A stretch of DNA of 29,458 bases from a virus (Duplodnaviria; Caudoviricetes). The stretch lies in the IMG/VR virus record IMGVR_UViG_3300033076_000093, positions 1 through 29,458 of that record; one strand, 5' to 3'. The notes beneath the pieces were generated by a model, which saw nothing but the letters and a program-made list of their open reading frames with translations, did no database searches and was not told the DNA's origin. Positions 25,890 through 29,458 of the stretch are shown here, piece by piece (the first letter of the stretch is position 1; every line of letters starts with the position of its first letter). Made by a program: the position numbers and the translations under genes.

Positions 25890-26792
25890 TTACTCGGTGG
25901 TGATAAGTTCCCAGTCAGGAACATCGTCAGTGTCGATCAACTGCCACCCGGCGGTTTGTGCCGTGCTGATATTTTGCCAGTTTGCGGTCTCGCTGTCATC
26001 AATTAGACTCCAGTAGAACAAACCCACGGTGCCAACAGCGCCTCGGGCCTGTACTCCCGTCAAAGCCACCGTCTTTGAGGAGCCGAGATTACCAGCGAAG
26101 CCGTAAGCCACAACGCTGTCTTCCGACGGTCCGGCAGCGGGGACCGCCGTTCCAGCCGATCCAGATGCTGCAACCCCGGTTAAAGCAACTTCTAAAGAAG
26201 AAGTCACCGTCCCTACAGATGCTCCAGAATCCACCCCCGTGACACGGGGAGCCACCAGCACGCTTCCAGCAGAGCCTGAAGCCGTCACTCCTGCTAAGAA
26301 CGCCACATAGGAAAACTCGACATCCCCAACAGCACCGGAAGCCGCCACACCAGTCAAAGCGACTGTGCGATCCACACCAACGAGCCCAGTCGCCCCTTGT
26401 GCGATAACACCGTCTTCTGTAGGGTTTATGGTTTCAACTACGTCACCAACAGTACCTGTTGCTACTACACCAGATAGCGCAACAGTACGTTCGCCAACTG
26501 AAACAGTGCCAACGCTTCCGAGAGCTTGCACGCCGGTAAGCGCCTCAAGTTTGGCAAAATCTACAGAACCAACCGCACCTGAAGCCTGTACGCCGGTTAG
26601 CGCAACAGTCCGCTCACCAACAGAAACAGTGCCAACCAACCCTGCCGCTGAAACACCTGTCAGCGCGACCGAAGGCGCAGCCGTAACAGTTCCTACCGAT
26701 CCAGCCGCGCTGACGCCGGTAATAGAGACGACTACCGTTTGCCCCGCGAGCGAGGAAAACGGCGCTTCGGCAAAGGTGGTTATTCCAAACAT
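25890..26792 (-). CDS. Repeat-rich fibre-like structural protein
   Basis: 300 aa built from ~20-aa repeats of VALTGVxAxGxVGxV, with a Trp-repeat C-terminus. Confidence 0.7.
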   Translation of the reverse strand: MFGITTFAEAPFSSLAGQTVVVSITGVSAAGSVGTVTAAPSVALTGVSAAGLVGTVSVGERTVALTGVQASGAVGSVDFAKLEALTGVQALGSVGTVSVGERTVALSGVVATGTVGDVVETINPTEDGVIAQGATGLVGVDRTVALTGVAASGAVGDVEFSYVAFLAGVTASGSAGSVLVAPRVTGVDSGASVGTVTSSLEVALTGVAASGSAGTAVPAAGPSEDSVVAYGFAGNLGSSKTVALTGVQARGAVGTVGLFYWSLIDDSETANWQNISTAQTAGWQLIDTDDVPDWELITTE

Positions 26793-26825
26793 GGCTACTC
26801 CAGCGAGTCACCCCGCTGGACCTGA

Positions 26826-27284
26826 TTAGGTTGTAGCCAAGCGCAAGAGGGCTGTCGATGTGGTGTTAGAGGGCATCGTCAAAGTGAACGTACCGGCTGT
26901 CACAGTCTGTGACCCGAATGTGTGCACGCTGACAGCCTTGTCAGATTTGCTGGAGTTGTAAATCAACACCGCATCAAACGCCGTGGGCAAAGTCACCGAT
27001 GTGTAAGTGATCGACGCAGAGGGGGTCCAGTACGCAGTGCCAGCAGTGGCAGATGTGTTCGTAGACGCTGGCGCTGTGCCGTTTGTCACAGAAACACCGC
27101 CGGGGGTGTACCCCGTTCCGGTCACTTCGCCCGTGCTGCTGTAGGCAGTTGTAGAAGCGTTGACAGTGGCGGAAGCCAAATACAGAGCCGCCTTAAAGGT
27201 GTCTCCGGTGGAGGGAGTAAAGTTGTGTGTCGCTGTGAGCAGTTCGCCCATAAACGATGTGCACATTGATTGGGTATTGGCCAT
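26826..27284 (-). CDS. Structural protein (paralog B)
   Basis: 152 aa with FKAALY..TTAYSSTGEV..GY..GG..LIY..FG..TFTLTMP..ALLRL. Confidence 0.65.
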   Translation of the reverse strand: MANTQSMCTSFMGELLTATHNFTPSTGDTFKAALYLASATVNASTTAYSSTGEVTGTGYTPGGVSVTNGTAPASTNTSATAGTAYWTPSASITYTSVTLPTAFDAVLIYNSSKSDKAVSVHTFGSQTVTAGTFTLTMPSNTTSTALLRLATT

Positions 27285-27299
27285 TTCAGGCTCCTTTCT

Positions 27300-27497
27300 T
27301 TAACCGATTGACGCCGCTTCAGCGCCCACAAAACTGGGCATTTTCTTCAATTGAACGTGCACCGAGCGGTGGACAAGTTCCCCCTCGTGCCAGTACTCGA
27401 CCCAAGTCGTGTATTCGTTCTCATTATCGACGGCTCCCTCTTTTTTCTCAAGCAGGGACTCGTCCATCATTCCTTTGGTCGTGGTGATCTCAGCCAT
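27300..27497 (-). CDS. Small hypothetical protein
   Basis: 65 aa, TGATG-coupled to the upstream gene, TTWVEYW..ELVHRSVHV. Confidence 0.7.
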   Translation of the reverse strand: MAEITTTKGMMDESLLEKKEGAVDNENEYTTWVEYWHEGELVHRSVHVQLKKMPSFVGAEAASIG

Positions 27498-27940
27498 CAG
27501 ACAATCCTCAAAATTGCAGCCGTGCTAGTCACAGCAGGGAACTCAACGGTAAACGTGTTGACCGAAGTCTTGTCGGAGCCAAAATCCAGCACCGCGACCG
27601 GCAGCGTGTTGCCGCCCCCGAAGTCACGGTAGATCAAAGCGCCGCGAGCCGTGATTGCCCCAGTCCAAGACACGTTCTGGAACGAGATGTAGGCCACTGC
27701 CTGCGGACCTGTCTGGGTGCCAATCGTCGGAGCCTGTGTGATGGTCAGGGTCTGGCCACCAGCCACATAGTTACCGCCACTGGCTTCGCCAGTTGTTGTG
27801 TAGGCGGTAGTATCGGCGTTCAAAGTGGCATTGCCTGTGTACAGCGCCAATTTGTAAACATCGGTTCCGGGCGTGACAAAGTTCACGGTGCCTGAGAGCA
27901 ACGCGGTTTTGAAGGCGTTTGTGACTCCCTGAATAATCAT
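27497..27940 (-). CDS. Structural protein (paralog A)
   Basis: 147 aa with YKLALY..TTAYTTTGEA..NY..GG..LIY..DFG..TFTVEFP..AILRI. Confidence 0.65.
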   Translation of the reverse strand: MIIQGVTNAFKTALLSGTVNFVTPGTDVYKLALYTGNATLNADTTAYTTTGEASGGNYVAGGQTLTITQAPTIGTQTGPQAVAYISFQNVSWTGAITARGALIYRDFGGGNTLPVAVLDFGSDKTSVNTFTVEFPAVTSTAAILRIV

Positions 27941-27941
27941 C

Positions 27942-28628
27942 TCAGTTCACTTTCTGACGGAACTGTCCAGACCGGTACGCATCCTGACGCTCCATGCCAT
28001 CGCCAAGGCGTTTGGCCAGCGCAAGGGCTTCCATGTACTTCTGGTTGTACAACTGCATCATATCTTGCTCGCCCTTCATGTAGGTGTAAGCCTCGACCAG
28101 CGAGCCGTACAACAGCACGGAATCAAAGTTGTCGCCCAACCACGACGTGCCCGCAGTCACGATCGACTCGGGGTAGTAGTAATAGTGCAACTCGACGTTG
28201 TACGCTGCATCCGGAGTCGGACCAAGAAGGAACGTCAACTCGTTCGTGATTGTTGTGCCAGAAACTGTCGGACCAAACAGGGCGTAGTAACGCGGCACAC
28301 TCGTGTCGTTTGGAGTCGGGTACGCCTGTCGGATGAAGTTCACATCTTTGTTGAGCAAATACTCGTAAGTGCCGGTATTGAGATTTCCACCCGTCACATC
28401 CGTGATGACGGCCAAAGAGTAGACCGCAAGAAAATCATCAGGGGCAGACAGGTATTTGTTGCCAACCTGCGTGATCCCCGTCATGTTCTTGCGAAGTGAC
28501 GGGAACTGCACCGAGTTGTAAATGCGCTGCTCAGCCTGCTGGACGAAAGTAGGAATCTCCGCCACGAAGTTGGCCTCCGTGTTCTCAGCATAGTTCTGGA
28601 TTGCAGCACTTAACTCGGCGTAGTTCAT
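27942..28628 (-). CDS. Head-tail adaptor / tail tubular protein A-like protein
   Basis: 228 aa with MNYAELSAAIQNY, FVQQAEQRIY, PRYYA, LGPTPD..Y.VELHYYYYP, WL..N..VLLYGSLVEA, the typical podovirus adaptor pattern. Confidence 0.75.
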   Translation of the reverse strand: MNYAELSAAIQNYAENTEANFVAEIPTFVQQAEQRIYNSVQFPSLRKNMTGITQVGNKYLSAPDDFLAVYSLAVITDVTGGNLNTGTYEYLLNKDVNFIRQAYPTPNDTSVPRYYALFGPTVSGTTITNELTFLLGPTPDAAYNVELHYYYYPESIVTAGTSWLGDNFDSVLLYGSLVEAYTYMKGEQDMMQLYNQKYMEALALAKRLGDGMERQDAYRSGQFRQKVN

Positions 28629-28831
28629 GCCATCGGACCTCTGGCCATCACGCCCTTGGTTGCAGCACCGGTGCCGCGAATCTTGATGCCGTCAGTCTTC
28701 ACGCCCTTGTAGTCGTTGCTACGGCTGTTGGCCACGGACTCGTTCATGTCCTTGAGGTACTGCTTGTTGTTAGCAGTACCCGCCTCTTGCATCGGCTTGT
28801 ACTGAGGGTTCTTGTACTTGGTGGTAGCCAT
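28625..28831 (-). CDS. Small basic protein
   Basis: 68 aa ending in IKIRGTGAATKGVMARGPMA, with an ATGA overlap into the adaptor gene. Confidence 0.7.
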   Translation of the reverse strand: MATTKYKNPQYKPMQEAGTANNKQYLKDMNESVANSRSNDYKGVKTDGIKIRGTGAATKGVMARGPMA

Positions 28832-28833
28832 GA

Positions 28834-29067
28834 TTAAGCTCCTTTGCGACCGGGGCTGCGCTGGTTCATGACCTTGGCCATGTTGCGCCCGTACTTGAGC
28901 ATGTCAGCATTGGTCTTCCCGCCAGCGCGTAGCTTGGTCAGGTTGGTTTTCTTGCCGCCGTGCATCTGCTTGTCGTGCATGGCCACGGCTTTTTTGACCA
29001 TTTTTTTGTCCTGCGCGAGGTCCGACTTCATTTCACCCTTTTCAGAGTGCATTTCCTTTTTGGCCAT
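28834..29067 (-). CDS. Small Lys/Met-rich basic protein
   Basis: 77 aa, SD AAGGAG, contains LRAGG. Confidence 0.7.
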   Translation of the reverse strand: MAKKEMHSEKGEMKSDLAQDKKMVKKAVAMHDKQMHGGKKTNLTKLRAGGKTNADMLKYGRNMAKVMNQRSPGRKGA

Positions 29068-29077
29068 GTTCGACTCC

Positions 29078-29458
29078 TTATGTCGTGGATATGGTTACTG
29101 TACCAACATTTACGGTCATTACCAAGTAGTTTGGCGTCAGTCCGTCGTCATCAAGGCTCGATCCGCCAACCGGATTCCAGCCCCACTGAATGTCTCTGCT
29201 GCCCTGCGATGGGTACCCCACCGCGTCTGGGTTTGTCCCGCCGGTGAGCGCAATCTGCAAACCCGTCGTGCCGCCTTGGTAGTAGGTGTTGTCGGGACGG
29301 GGGTCACGCACCCCTTGCGGGTCATCCACCGGGTACATGCCCAGTTGGAGTTGCGGGTGGTCAGGGTCCCAGCAAGACGAACAGACCAGAATCGAGTAAT
29401 TCTTGGTCTTGATGATCTCTTTGCGAAGCTCGTGCAGTTTGAACCGGAAGTTGCACCG
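29078..29458 (-). CDS. Zn-ribbon-like protein (5' truncated by the window edge)
   Basis: The frame is open beyond the ORF-track start: RCNFRFKLHELRKEIIKTKNYSILVCSSCWDPDHPQLQLGMYPVDDPQ... One Cys at the edge plus a CxxC. Confidence 0.7.
   Translation of the reverse strand, partial: RCNFRFKLHELRKEIIKTKNYSILVCSSCWDPDHPQLQLGMYPVDDPQGVRDPRPDNTYYQGGTTGLQIALTGGTNPDAVGYPSQGSRDIQWGWNPVGGSSLDDDGLTPNYLVMTVNVGTVTISTT

Noticed and set aside
25890-26792. CRISPR-like array
   Set aside because: The repeats are degenerate, in frame and protein-level, with no identical repeats separated by unique spacers.
1-29458. Stop-codon reassignment, tRNA genes, introns or inteins
   Set aside because: Genes tile the strand with all three standard stops, gaps are too short for tRNAs, and no intein or homing-endonuclease motifs were seen.

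Overview
Late (morphogenesis and lysis) region of a tailed dsDNA phage, most likely a short-tailed podovirus-type phage of a Gram-negative host. The evidence is a two-component spanin, an adaptor, a nozzle/tail-tube-B gene and internal ejection proteins, with no sheath or tail-tube/tape-measure set in this window. About 30 tightly packed or overlapping genes run on the minus strand. From right to left: Zn-ribbon and small basic proteins; head-tail adaptor; a ~11.5 kb array of 15 fibre/adaptor/adhesin genes; a four-gene membrane cassette; Rz/Rz1 spanins; GH19 endolysin; tail nozzle; C1q-like tail protein; three ejection proteins; and a 2252-aa polyvalent protein. A convergent plus-strand gene ends at position 105. 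The most notable signals are (i) a recurring hydrophobic-x-x-GG tag across several virion proteins, together with a tape-measure-like GPG..SDSIPA..GEFV domain, a possible processing or targeting system; (ii) a modular, probably branched receptor-binding apparatus with up to five distinct heads; and (iii) a second membrane/lipoprotein cassette beside the canonical lysis genes. All family assignments come from motif recognition only; no searches were run.
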